NCBI GenBank assembly: GCA_022565335.1 | Contig: JAIUMY010000001.1 | Coordinates: 7,817 to 71,816 of the forward strand | Direction: 5' to 3' | DNA length: 64,000 nucleotides | DNA from: Opitutales bacterium | GTDB taxonomy: Bacteria; Verrucomicrobiota; Verrucomicrobiia; Opitutales; T3Sed10-336 | In this document: piece by piece, positions 19,602 through 29,184 of the stretch | Position numbering within the stretch: the first letter of the stretch is position 1 | Layout: each line of letters starts with the position of its first letter | Position numbers and translations under genes: made by a program | The notes under the pieces: generated by a model | What the model was told of the DNA's origin: nothing | Seen by the model: the letters and a program-made list of their open reading frames with translations, nothing else | The model's database searches: none

Positions 19602-19830
19602 TTTTTTTTGATTGGAGGTTTAGAACAAAGGACAAAAACCTTTTCGCTTATCTTGAGTGAATAAGCAAGTAACATTTGTTGGCTTGGGAATGAATATTCA
19701 TCAGCATTGGTTCGTTGAAGGCCAAGGCTCACCGGAGTATTTAAGTTTTGAAAGATTCTTTCAATCCGCCTTTCTTTTAGCGTCAGGTTTTGTTATGTTG
19801 GGGTTTAGATTTTTCACACCCTCTCTCCTT

Positions 19831-21729
19831 ATGAAAAAGCTAAGCCTCACTCTCCTTGTCTCGCTGGCTATCCTTCCCGGCCTGCACGCCAATGACCCGA
19901 TACGGATTGATGTACTGGTTCTGCACACCCCCGCGGTAACCGACCATTACAATGGGCCCGAAGGTATCACCGCACACATTCTGGCCACCATGGATGCCAG
20001 CAATGCCGCCTTGGAAAACAGTGACATCGACATGATCTGGAATTTGGTCGGCATTGAGGAGGTCGATTATACCGAAAGTTCCACCGATCTTAAGGAAGAC
20101 CTCGATAATCTCACCGATGCGGAGAACGGTTTGGAAGACGTGCCTAACTTGCGCAATGCTTACGGAGCCGATCTGGTCTCCCTTCTTCGGCGAGGTGCTG
20201 CTGGAGGAGCCGCCGGGCTCGCTTGGCGACTCAATGGGAACAATCCCCAAAATGACTTTGGCTACAGTGTTGTCGCCGACAATACCGCCTTGAGCAATTT
20301 TACTTTTGCCCACGAGGTGGGGCACAATTTGTCTTCCGGACATCATCGTGGGGATGTCTCGGGAGGTAGTCCTGAGTTGGAGACCTCTTATGGTTATCGG
20401 TTCACCGGGACCGACGACAATGACTACCGTACCATCATGGCCACTGGTTTTGACTTCACCCGCATCCCCCACTTTTCCAATCCCCTGGTAAGCTTTGCCG
20501 GAACGCCTACCGGTCTTCCGGAAGCCGATCCCGAGGCCGCGGACAATGCCGCCTCCTTTGCTATCGTCGGCCCTCCCATTTCGGATTTCCGCGACGAAGA
20601 ACCCGCCTTTCCCGAAATTTTCTTCCAACCCCGGGGGACCACCGTGGTATCGGGCAACCAAGCCATTTTGTCTCCCCAAGTCAATGGGCTGCCGCCTCTC
20701 AGTCTGGAATGGTTTGAGGGCGAAAGCGGAAATGAGAGCCAACCGGTGGCGGGGGCTAACGACAAAAAATTAACTCTCGACCCGGCCACCGAAACCACTG
20801 CCTACTGGCTCAAAGTGACCAATGACGAAGGCACCGCCGAAACCCGGTCCGTCCGGGTCGTCGTTGTCCCTCCGCCAGACGGCCCCTATAGCACGCTGGT
20901 GGAACAAGACCAAACTGAATTCGGTTGGTCTTCAAGCACCCTGTGGCAGGAAATGATCTTTCCGTCGGGGTATGTGGATACGATTTCCGTGGACCTGTTT
21001 AAAAGTGATAATGGTAATGGCACGGATTACCCTGTGGTGAAAGCTGAATTATCCTTGGATAACTCACAAATCGTTTTTCAAGGATTCATTCATCCGGATG
21101 ACGTAACACAATTCCTTACGACGATTACCTTGCCCGTCGAATCCCTCGTCCTCCCAAATGAAACTTATCGGCTCACCCTCTCGGTTGACTCCGGAGGGAC
21201 TGACGGCTCACTTAATTGGCTGGCTGGCCAAGAAGATACGGTCGATGTTTCTTCCGGAATCGGCAATAGTAATCTAAGTGGCGACAGGGCCTTCACGTTC
21301 ACCGCCACCGGCACCGAAGCCACGACCTTCCACCAATGGGCCTTCAATGAAACTCTCTCTGCGGACCTGGGTGAGGCGGGGGATGTCCTTCAGGACGATG
21401 GGGTGACCAATCTCATCCGCTATGCGGTTGGTGGAAACGCTTCCGACAATGCTCTGGACTTACTCCCGGCACTACAGGAGGTAACGACAATCGACAACGA
21501 AAAAGTCCTCCCCTTCCGCTTCAGCGAACGGCGGGATATGGCCGATGTGGCCCTGGAGGTCGAGTTCTCCACCGACTTGCAAAATTGGAGCCCCCTCGAC
21601 CCGGCGCAAATAGTCCATTTAAGCGGCGAGGACACCCCTACCAAACGGGTTTATGAAGCGCGCCTCCCCATCGAAGAGAACGACAGAGCCTTTTTGCGCC
21701 TCAACGCCCAAAACCCTCCGGCGGATTGA
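19831..21729 (+). CDS. Secreted metzincin (reprolysin/M12B-like) zinc metalloprotease
   Basis: Signal peptide MKKLSLTLLVSLAILPGLHA. HEVGHNLSSGHH matches HExxHxxGxxH. An Ig-like and other beta-rich domains follow. Confidence 0.8.
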   Translation: MKKLSLTLLVSLAILPGLHANDPIRIDVLVLHTPAVTDHYNGPEGITAHILATMDASNAALENSDIDMIWNLVGIEEVDYTESSTDLKEDLDNLTDAENGLEDVPNLRNAYGADLVSLLRRGAAGGAAGLAWRLNGNNPQNDFGYSVVADNTALSNFTFAHEVGHNLSSGHHRGDVSGGSPELETSYGYRFTGTDDNDYRTIMATGFDFTRIPHFSNPLVSFAGTPTGLPEADPEAADNAASFAIVGPPISDFRDEEPAFPEIFFQPRGTTVVSGNQAILSPQVNGLPPLSLEWFEGESGNESQPVAGANDKKLTLDPATETTAYWLKVTNDEGTAETRSVRVVVVPPPDGPYSTLVEQDQTEFGWSSSTLWQEMIFPSGYVDTISVDLFKSDNGNGTDYPVVKAELSLDNSQIVFQGFIHPDDVTQFLTTITLPVESLVLPNETYRLTLSVDSGGTDGSLNWLAGQEDTVDVSSGIGNSNLSGDRAFTFTATGTEATTFHQWAFNETLSADLGEAGDVLQDDGVTNLIRYAVGGNASDNALDLLPALQEVTTIDNEKVLPFRFSERRDMADVALEVEFSTDLQNWSPLDPAQIVHLSGEDTPTKRVYEARLPIEENDRAFLRLNAQNPPAD

Positions 21730-21735
21730 TCCTCC

Positions 21736-22404
21736 ATGTTTTCGAGCCGCTCAACCGTCGTTTTTCTCACCACCCTGGCTATTGTAGTAGTCATCGGATG
21801 GTGGATTCAAAGGCTGTCTTCTCCGGACCAGACCGCCACTGATACCGGAGGCGTCCCCTTGGAACAGACTCCCGAGGAAGACCCGAAACGTCCCTCCTCT
21901 TCTTCACGTCCGGAAGAAGCCCTGCCACCAACTCTGGACGAAAACGGGCACGAGGCTCCCAGCGCCAAGGAATCAGACGAGGTTCATTCGCATATCATCC
22001 GCAGCCGGGAGGGTTTTGCCGAAGTTTCGGTCGCGCATCTCGGCAATCGTTTTCAGGAGGGACAAACTTCCTCCTTCGCCGTACCTCTGTTCCCCGGAGA
22101 TGACCCCAACGAAATCACCGTTGAAATCCAACGCTATCAAGAGACCCGTTTCGGCGGAGGGGTTTTGCGGGGGACCGTCCCCGGTTACCCCGGAAGCTTG
22201 GTCAGCGTCTCCCAGGTAGGCGAGGCCGAAGCCGGCGCCATCCACTTGCCTACCCTCGGAAAAGTTTACGAGATCCGCCCCGGACCCAACGGCACCACCC
22301 TCTTCAGTGCCATCGACGCCCGCGAATTGGGAGAATGTCTTCTCTGCCTGGAAGCCAACGATGTACCACCCCCGGAACCGCCCCGTCCCCAACCGTTGCC
22401 TTAA
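21736..22404 (+). CDS. Membrane-anchored hypothetical protein resembling the pre-catalytic N-terminal region of reprolysin-like proteases
   Basis: N-terminal TM helix. The pattern FAVPLFPGDD..ITVEIQRYQETRFGGGVLRGTVPGYPGSLVSVS..AGAIHLP..VYEIRPGPNG recalls regions that normally precede the catalytic domain in one chain. Starts 7 nt after the protease stop. Confidence 0.5.
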   Translation: MFSSRSTVVFLTTLAIVVVIGWWIQRLSSPDQTATDTGGVPLEQTPEEDPKRPSSSSRPEEALPPTLDENGHEAPSAKESDEVHSHIIRSREGFAEVSVAHLGNRFQEGQTSSFAVPLFPGDDPNEITVEIQRYQETRFGGGVLRGTVPGYPGSLVSVSQVGEAEAGAIHLPTLGKVYEIRPGPNGTTLFSAIDARELGECLLCLEANDVPPPEPPRPQPLP

Positions 22405-22437
22405 TCTCACCTGTTATTCCTCCTTCAGAAAGTACGA

Positions 22438-22623
22438 AAAGCTCAGCGGGACCTTCGCCCTCCCGTTGTGGTGCGTTTCCCGGGAGGGCGAGGGTCTCTC
22501 CGAGCCCGAGTGGTTGTTCGCGGTGCGGATTCTTGACGGACGTTCAGCCAACAAGCCGGCACGACTGGGAAAAACGAATCGGTCACCGGGCGAAAGCTCA
22601 GCGGGACCTTCGCCCTCCCGTTG
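22438..22623. repeat. 31-nt perfect direct repeat pair flanking a ~125-bp GC-rich segment
   Basis: aaagctcagcgggaccttcgccctcccgttg occurs at 22438-22468 and 22593-22623. Internal hairpin cgccctcccg..cgggagggcg. Confidence 0.8.
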
Positions 22624-22685
22624 AGACGGACTCTATTCCTTTAAGAGGTAAACTATATATTCCGGCTGTTGACTTCTTCATTCAT

Positions 22686-23393
22686 CTACCCCTCACCCAC
22701 TTCATACCGATAGCCTACTCCGTGGACGGTTAAAAGGAATGTGGGCTCATGGGGTTTCGGTTCTATCTTTTTACGCAATTGCACAATGTGCTGGTCGAGC
22801 GTTCGGGTGGTGCCGTAATACCCGATGCCCCAAACCGTATTCAATAAATAGTTACGATCCAAAACCTGTCCGGGATTGGCGGCGAAGGTCTCCAGAAGTT
22901 TGACCTCCCGTGCGGTGAGACTCTGCTCCTGCTTGCCGCGTCGATATACGTAACGCCCCAAATCCACCTCGCCTCCGGCAAAAGCCAAAACCCCTTGTGA
23001 GGGTTTAAGCGGTTGACCGGATTCCTGATCACAGCGCCGCAAAAGCGCTTCGATTCGGGCCAAAAGAACTTTGCCCGAAAAGGGTTTGGTCACGTAATCA
23101 TCGCCCCCCAGTCGCAACCCCACCACCTGATCGACTTCCTCCCCTTTCGCGGTCAGAAATAAAACCGGAATATGGGGGTTGGTTTTACGGATTTCCTGAC
23201 AAACCGCAAACCCGTTTTTCTCGGGCATCATTACATCGAGCAAGACCAGCGAAAACTTGCCTTCGGACCATAAATCAAGCGCTTCCCTACCATTCCGGGC
23301 GGCCACCACTTCATAGCCTTCCCCCTCCAGCAGATCAATCAGGCCCTCTCGGAGCGAAAGGTCATCCTCGGCGATTAAAAGGCGTTTTTTCAT
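22686..23393 (-). CDS. OmpR/PhoB-family response regulator
   Basis: Receiver MKKRLLIAEDDLSLREGL..LLDVMMP. Winged-helix C-terminus (LDQHIVQLRKKI, VHGVGYRY). ATG at 23393 is preferred. Confidence 0.9.
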   Translation of the reverse strand: MKKRLLIAEDDLSLREGLIDLLEGEGYEVVAARNGREALDLWSEGKFSLVLLDVMMPEKNGFAVCQEIRKTNPHIPVLFLTAKGEEVDQVVGLRLGGDDYVTKPFSGKVLLARIEALLRRCDQESGQPLKPSQGVLAFAGGEVDLGRYVYRRGKQEQSLTAREVKLLETFAANPGQVLDRNYLLNTVWGIGYYGTTRTLDQHIVQLRKKIEPKPHEPTFLLTVHGVGYRYEVGEG

Positions 23394-25191
23394 TTTGTGA
23401 ATAGTGAAGGATGAAAACCGAACCACCTCCGGGGCGATCCTCGTAAAACAATTCGGCACCAATCCGTTGCGCCATTTCCCGGGCAATGCTCAGACCGATC
23501 CCCAGTCCCCCTTGAGCCTGTTCCAGACTCTCATCGCCCCGGGTAAACCGCTCAAACATCCGGTCCTGAAATTCTCCGGGTATCCCCGGCCCGCGGTCCG
23601 CGACGGTGATTCGCCAGGACTCCCCGTGCTCCATCGCGCTCAAAACAATCGAGCCTCCGCTGGCCGCATACTTGAAAGCGTTCTCCAACAAATTCTCCAG
23701 AATTTGTCGGAGGACGACGGAATCCGTCAGGACGGGGAGCGATTCGGCAGGCGCCTCGGTATGCAAGACCAAACCTGCCCCTTCCGCTTCGGGCCGCTTT
23801 TCTTCCACGAACGCAGGCAACCATTGTTGCAAATCGATGATCGTCCCCTCCACCGACGACGTTTTCCCATTTTCGGCCCGGGTCAGCTGCAAAAGGTTAT
23901 CGACCAAGCGCTCCAGGCGTCCACTCTCCCGCTGCAAAACCCCGGTATAACGTTCCAACTGCTTCTGTGATCGCTGTTTTTCGCCAAGCATTTCCGCGTA
24001 CAGGCGAATCGAACTTAAGGGTGTGCGGAGTTCGTGGGAGACGTTCGCGACAAAATTGGTTTTCCGCCGGGCCTCCCGCTCGGCCTGCGAGGATTGACGC
24101 TGCAAGAGGTGTCCCCCCAAGCCAATGGAAGCCATTACCCCCAACAGGAGAAAACTGCCCAACCAACGAACCAGCGTCGGCGAATAACCGCTTTCGGGCG
24201 GGGAGGCCAGAAAACGAATCTGCCAGGAGGACAAATCCCCTCCGGGTGACACGCCTCCCTGCAAGGAATCCTCATTTCCCAGCCGCCTTTCCCGAGGGGC
24301 TCCGGAAGAGGAAGCTAAAGACCACTCCACCCCCTCCTCAGCTTGGGGCAAAAGAGCACTCAGTTCATCCCGTAAAACCGCCAAATCAAGAGACAAAAGC
24401 TTCACCCCGGCCTCATGTCCATCCTGCCACCAGCCAATGTATTGGCGCTGGCCATCGTTCTCCGACCACATCCAGCCCCCTTCCCCCGAAGCGACCAAAG
24501 ATTCCCGCCAGCCTCTCTGCCTGGGTTCCTCAACGGAGTCTGCCAACGACTCTGCATGTTCCTCCAAACCCAAGGCCAACTCCTCCTGATCGCTCCGCGC
24601 CGAAGGAGCGGGAGCCCGGACCTCCTCTTCCGCAGCATACGGAAGCGATTGTTGCCGGGAAAGAATATTGAGTTGGCGCCGCACCTCAACATTCGCCACT
24701 ACGTACTCGTCTCCTTCCAATTTACGAACGCTCCGTGCGCGGGCTTCGGGCGCGGCAGGTTCCTCTCCGGCCTCTTCCCGGACCTGCTCTGCAGGCGATT
24801 CATCCTCCGGCGCAACACTCTCTTCCCAAGGCGTTTGTTCCGGCCTCCATCCTTTCCGGGTGCCTTCCGGCAACTCTTCTCCGGTTGCCCAGAACCACGC
24901 ATCCGCCACCAGCGGATTCACTTCTGGAAGCGTCATCAGGCCATCCCGGTCAAGGGTCTGCAAATTTTCCTCAAACCCCTCACGGACCTCTTCAAAGTTC
25001 AACCGGATGTTCGAGGCGGAATTGGCCGCCACCTGTTCGAGGGAACTGATTTTGGCCCTCCGCAAATTGGCCCGTTCCTCCTCCATACGGTCCACCTCCC
25101 GGTGCAAAAACCCAAGCGAAACCACTCCCAGCAAAAGAGTCGGTCCCAGCAAAAAAATCAAAAAGGGAATAGAGTAACGCATCTCGGACAA
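23362..25191 (-). CDS. Sensor histidine kinase
   Basis: H-box FVANVSHELRTPLSSI, N-box LENLLENAFKY, and G-boxes DRGPGIP and GGLGIGLSIA. Two TM segments bracket an acidic sensor region. Confidence 0.9.
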   Translation of the reverse strand: MSEMRYSIPFLIFLLGPTLLLGVVSLGFLHREVDRMEEERANLRRAKISSLEQVAANSASNIRLNFEEVREGFEENLQTLDRDGLMTLPEVNPLVADAWFWATGEELPEGTRKGWRPEQTPWEESVAPEDESPAEQVREEAGEEPAAPEARARSVRKLEGDEYVVANVEVRRQLNILSRQQSLPYAAEEEVRAPAPSARSDQEELALGLEEHAESLADSVEEPRQRGWRESLVASGEGGWMWSENDGQRQYIGWWQDGHEAGVKLLSLDLAVLRDELSALLPQAEEGVEWSLASSSGAPRERRLGNEDSLQGGVSPGGDLSSWQIRFLASPPESGYSPTLVRWLGSFLLLGVMASIGLGGHLLQRQSSQAEREARRKTNFVANVSHELRTPLSSIRLYAEMLGEKQRSQKQLERYTGVLQRESGRLERLVDNLLQLTRAENGKTSSVEGTIIDLQQWLPAFVEEKRPEAEGAGLVLHTEAPAESLPVLTDSVVLRQILENLLENAFKYAASGGSIVLSAMEHGESWRITVADRGPGIPGEFQDRMFERFTRGDESLEQAQGGLGIGLSIAREMAQRIGAELFYEDRPGGGSVFILHYSQNEKTPFNRRG

Positions 25192-25239
25192 ACGGTAGTC
25201 TAGAACACAGAATCAATTTTCGCACGGTCTTTTTCTGGC

Positions 25240-25800
25240 GCGCGGAGGAAGTGGTCGGCTTGCGTGTCTGGCTTGAGGTACTCCGTGCAGGGACACGAGG
25301 TCCCCGCTTGGCGCAAAAAGCGAACGGGGGCCTCGGAAAAACCCTAGTCTCACATTAGTCGCTGCCCCCAGCGGAGCTGGAATAAACAGGTGAGAGACTG
25401 GCGGGGTCGGAGTGTTCCGCGCCGCCGCGAAAGCGGCCGCGCGGGGGTGTGGGGCGTGCTTTACCTGCCTTGAAGCTCTCCGCGCAGGGACACAAGGTCC
25501 CCGCTTGGGGTATAAATGCGAACGGGGGCCTTGTGCCCCTGAGCGTAAGATTTCTGAAAACGGAAATGTCGTCCCCTTATCGACAACGAGCGGGGACTTT
25601 ATGTCCCTGCGCGCAACACTCCCGAAGCCACGGAAACACCCTGGTCTCACATTAGCGTGGCCCCCAGCGGAGCTGGAATAGGCAAATATGCGACTCGCGG
25701 TGTGGTAAGGCGTGTTGTTATCCCTGGCTTGAAGCACTCCGCGCAGGGACACGAGGTCCCCGCTTTGCGCAAAAAGCGAACGGGGGCCTTCGCCTCTGTC
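25240..25800. repeat. Tandem array of three Family-A modular repeat units
   Basis: Units end in gtctcacattag (25358 and 25655) and restart with cccccagcggagctggaata. Each carries ctccg(c/t)gcagggacac(a/g)aggtccccgctt..gcgaacgggggcc. ORF 25213..25833 just reads through them. Confidence 0.8.
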
Positions 25801-25829
25801 GGAACAATCCTGCCCTGTCTGCTTCGGTT

Positions 25830-26234
25830 TCATCGGTCTGCGGAGATCTTCAACACTTGCTCAATCTCCGTTATTTCGGCAAGCCAAAGGCCCATATGCC
25901 CGAAGCCTTTTCCTTCTTCAAAGGAGAGTGTTCCGACGATCATCACAAACTCCTCATCGGGGAACTCAATGTTCTCGCGGCCCTCTCGAACAGACCCGAC
26001 CCAAAGGGCTTGCTTGGTATTTAAGATCGCCGCGTCCTCACGCGAAAGATACAAGCCGCTTTCTTCGAAGCCTCTCCGAAGAAAGCCTTTCAGTAAGATT
26101 CGCTTTCCATCGTATCCTTCGGGATTCGATACGACCCGGACAAGAGATGTCGAAATCACGCCATCCCGAACCATGTTATCACCCAACAAAGTGAATGGGA
26201 TAAAAAGCAATAGAAGTAGAATTTTCGTTTTCAT
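25830..26234 (-). CDS. Hypothetical secreted protein
   Basis: Signal peptide MKTKILLLLLFIPFTLLG. No motif recognised. Confidence 0.55.
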   Translation of the reverse strand: MKTKILLLLLFIPFTLLGDNMVRDGVISTSLVRVVSNPEGYDGKRILLKGFLRRGFEESGLYLSREDAAILNTKQALWVGSVREGRENIEFPDEEFVMIVGTLSFEEGKGFGHMGLWLAEITEIEQVLKISADR

Positions 26235-26258
26235 AATGATTTATTCCGTACCGATGAA

Positions 26259-27587
26259 TCATTCTTTACCTTTTCGCCCAACCGACTGTTGATTGCGAAT
26301 TTGGTAGGCATCGGTTTGGCGGCGAAGCATTTCTTCGCGAGTATAGGAGCGCATCCGCAGAACCTTCTCTTCGGCTGCGGCCTGCTCTTCCAACTCCAGG
26401 ACAACGTCAGCCGACAAACCCATACTGGGGGCTGCCGCGGCCGCAGTGCCCCAAACCTCGGCGGCTTCGGTATTTTTTCCGCTCCGTACCAGAGTCAAGG
26501 CTTGTTCCTGCAATTCCGCCTGCCAGAGGGCGGCAAAGGATTTTTGCACGTCTTCATCAGTGGCTTTTTCGACCTCTTCGGCATCGCGGGAATACCGGAT
26601 CTGCCGGTTCGCCCGGTTTTGCCCGGTGGTTCCGTCGGACACGACCCGATACGTCACTTCCGCCGAAAGGAGATCCTGCAGATCCCCCTCTTGGCCAGCC
26701 GGAACCACAACTTCCATGAGATTGTGTTTGCGCAGGCCCGCCCCGAGATCATGGAAGTGAATCTCCAGATACCCGTCCTTTTCTTCTACCGGACGCCCCA
26801 AATGCCGACGGATTTCAATTCCATCGGGAAGCTGGATCCGCAAGCGAACCCCTTGGGCCACGGTGCTGACCAAATGACCGATCTCCTCCTCGAAAATCTT
26901 GGCCAAAACCTCCGGGCGATCGACGAAGTAATTGTTTCCTTCGGCCGCGCCTGCCAAAGCGGCGAGCAATTGTTCGTTGTAATCTTGTCCCAGGCCAATG
27001 GTCGAAACAACAATGCCATTTTGGGAAAACTGCCGTCCCAGTTCGGCAAAAGCCTCGTCACTGCGGGGCCCGACATTGGCCAGTCCGTCGGAAAGCAAGA
27101 CCGCCCGGTGCAGATAGCGATCCGAATCATGCGTTTGCAACTGCGCCAGCGCCTCGGTCATCCCGCCATGGATATTGGTCGTTCCGCCCGCCCGGATTCC
27201 GGAAATGATTTCCTCCACCCGGGACAGGTCTTCAATCGGCCCGGCGGGGATCAGCGTTTTCACCTCCCGGTCGAAAACCACCAGCGAGAAAATATCCTCA
27301 CTGCCCAAACGGCGCACCGCTTCCAAGGCCCCTTTGCGGGCATAACGAATCCGGTCACCACTCATAGAGCCCGATTTGTCGATGACCAGGGATAAATTCA
27401 CCGGGGGACGATCCGCTTCCGGCAATTCCGCTCCCTCGACCTCTACTTTAATAAGAACGGTTTGCTCTTCACCCACCGGAACCACCGGTCGATCGGGCGA
27501 GAGATGAATGCGCACCGTTTCTCCGGCGGAAAGAATGCTTCCCGCCAGGAGAGCAAATAAACAAGACAATAGATACTGTGTTTTCAT
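26259..27587 (-). CDS. Secreted von Willebrand factor type A domain protein
   Basis: Signal peptide, then the MIDAS motif LVIDKSGSMSGDRI. Confidence 0.85.
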   Translation of the reverse strand: MKTQYLLSCLFALLAGSILSAGETVRIHLSPDRPVVPVGEEQTVLIKVEVEGAELPEADRPPVNLSLVIDKSGSMSGDRIRYARKGALEAVRRLGSEDIFSLVVFDREVKTLIPAGPIEDLSRVEEIISGIRAGGTTNIHGGMTEALAQLQTHDSDRYLHRAVLLSDGLANVGPRSDEAFAELGRQFSQNGIVVSTIGLGQDYNEQLLAALAGAAEGNNYFVDRPEVLAKIFEEEIGHLVSTVAQGVRLRIQLPDGIEIRRHLGRPVEEKDGYLEIHFHDLGAGLRKHNLMEVVVPAGQEGDLQDLLSAEVTYRVVSDGTTGQNRANRQIRYSRDAEEVEKATDEDVQKSFAALWQAELQEQALTLVRSGKNTEAAEVWGTAAAAAPSMGLSADVVLELEEQAAAEEKVLRMRSYTREEMLRRQTDAYQIRNQQSVGRKGKE

Positions 27588-27889
27588 AAGGACAATGTTT
27601 TGAGGGTTTACAAATCAGAGGATCATCCCTCTGTTGTCCGCATCCTAAAACAAATCCTCGATGCAGTTGTCATCCCCGCGCAAAAGCTTTGTCAGAAGAA
27701 TGTCAGGTGATCGGAAGAAACCCTTTTGCCGCCTCAGTGCAGGTACGTCAATTTAAGGACTCAAGCTACCGAATAGATCGGGCCTCCAGCCCTCTGGGGG
27801 GGATGGATCCATTGGTTCCTTGGGCTCTGCCCAAGGCTGGGGTTATATTGGGCCTTTGGCCCTGAAAGCGGTCAACCCGATAACGAAAT

Positions 27890-28630
27890 TCAGTCGTCAC
27901 ATTCGAAAAGTTCTGACTGACCATCCTCCAGTATTGATGTATTATCCACAACCGGTTCGAGCCCGGCGGCGCGGGCGCGGGCGATGGCTTTTGCGGAGGC
28001 GCGTCGCAGGGCCGCTTCGGCACCAATAAAATCGGGTATGTTGAGGGGCTGCACCCGACCTGATTGATCGGAACGGTCAGGATAGGGAGAAGCGTCTTCC
28101 ATCAAGTTTGAGTCAGAAGGGTTTTCGCCGGTTTCGATCAGCATTGGTGGCGTTTTCAAAGCATCGTAGAGAGCCCATTGATTCACCAGTTTGAGGTAGA
28201 GATTCTGGAGATTTTCCCATCCACGGGCATAGCGGCGGCGAATCGTCTCTTGGGGAATCGCATGCCCTCCCAGGGCCACCCGCTGGGCGACCCGGCGTAC
28301 GGCAAAGTCCGGGTCCGGGAGTTTCAAAAAACAGAGCCGCACTTGGTATCCGGCCGACTTCCACAGGGGAATCATCCGAACATAACTGCGGTTGGCAAGG
28401 GTTGTTTCAATGCCAAAGCTTTTCCCGGAGGCGGCCAACTCCTTGATTCTTTGCAACATGATTCGTCCGGCCATAAAAGCCACCTTTTCCGGTTGAAATG
28501 GACTGATCCCCGCCGCGATTAGGTCAGCATTGACGAACTCGAGGCAAACGGCTTCGTTCGGCAGGAATTCTTCTGCGAAAGTCGTCTTTCCCGCGCCATT
28601 GGGTCCGGCAATGATGAGGATTTTTTTCAC
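27890..28630 (-). CDS. Zeta-toxin-like P-loop kinase (COG4185-type AAA ATPase) with ~70-aa C-terminal extension
   Basis: VKKILIIAGPNGAGKTTFAEEF Walker A. GTG at 28630 is preferred because the track's extra 31 codons are AT-rich and contain a TTGCCA-17-CTACAAT promoter-like pair. Confidence 0.75.
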   Translation of the reverse strand: MKKILIIAGPNGAGKTTFAEEFLPNEAVCLEFVNADLIAAGISPFQPEKVAFMAGRIMLQRIKELAASGKSFGIETTLANRSYVRMIPLWKSAGYQVRLCFLKLPDPDFAVRRVAQRVALGGHAIPQETIRRRYARGWENLQNLYLKLVNQWALYDALKTPPMLIETGENPSDSNLMEDASPYPDRSDQSGRVQPLNIPDFIGAEAALRRASAKAIARARAAGLEPVVDNTSILEDGQSELFECDD

Positions 28631-28748
28631 ACGAAAGTAAGGCTTGGTATCGTTATTTGCTGGTGGAAATGAGAGCTTATTATAAGGCTTCAAATTGTAG
28701 AAGCTTATTTTTGTGTTTGGCAAACTGGTTTAGCTCTGCCCTTTGTAA

Positions 28749-29183
28749 CTATGGGGCAATGATCTGCACGCGCCCAGCTGCGAGTTCGGTGAAATGGTTT
28801 ATGTTATAGGTATAGATGCGTTTACACCCTCCTTTGAGGGCTGCGGAAAGATAGAGCGCATCGTAAATTTGTCCGCTTACGCAGCCCAAATCCGCGCAGA
28901 GACGAATGGCGGCTATGTAATCTTCCTGGGAAAGTTCCAGAACGTGCAATAGATTGTGGAAATTCGCCTCGATCAATCTTGCCGCCTCAGGTCCTGAAAT
29001 GCGTCGGGGCAGGGGCAAGGCAGTGAGCGTAGCATAACACTCGGCCAGAGTATGGGTGCTGCAACAAGGTCGATTCCCTCCTTTCAGCTCTCGTACAAAT
29101 CGCGCATGGGCCGCAGCGTGGTTTGACAGTTGCTCCGTGACAACAGGAACGAGAACCGAGGTATCGAAGAATACGGAATTCAC
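28749..29183 (-). CDS. vapC: PIN-domain toxin
   Basis: MNSVFFDTSVLV N-terminal acidic PIN signature, 144 aa, 1 nt after the antitoxin stop. Confidence 0.8.
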   Translation of the reverse strand: MNSVFFDTSVLVPVVTEQLSNHAAAHARFVRELKGGNRPCCSTHTLAECYATLTALPLPRRISGPEAARLIEANFHNLLHVLELSQEDYIAAIRLCADLGCVSGQIYDALYLSAALKGGCKRIYTYNINHFTELAAGRVQIIAP

Positions 29184-29184
29184 T

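Noticed and set aside
23362-23393. 32-nt overlap between the histidine-kinase 3' end and the response-regulator start.
   Set aside because: It is probably a normal coupled two-component operon. The overlap depends on which start codon is chosen and is not noteworthy on its own.
25240-25800. Possibility that the tandem repeats are a CRISPR array.
   Set aside because: The units are 100-300 bp, heterogeneous and hairpin-rich, with no regular short repeat/spacer periodicity. No cas genes are in the window.
25213-25833. 206-aa minus-strand ORF across the 25.2-25.8 kb region.
   Set aside because: It reads straight through three tandem Family-A repeat units. The same 'peptides' recur wherever the repeat occurs (ORFs 2124..2318 and 31934..32188), so the conservation is at the nucleotide level, not coding.
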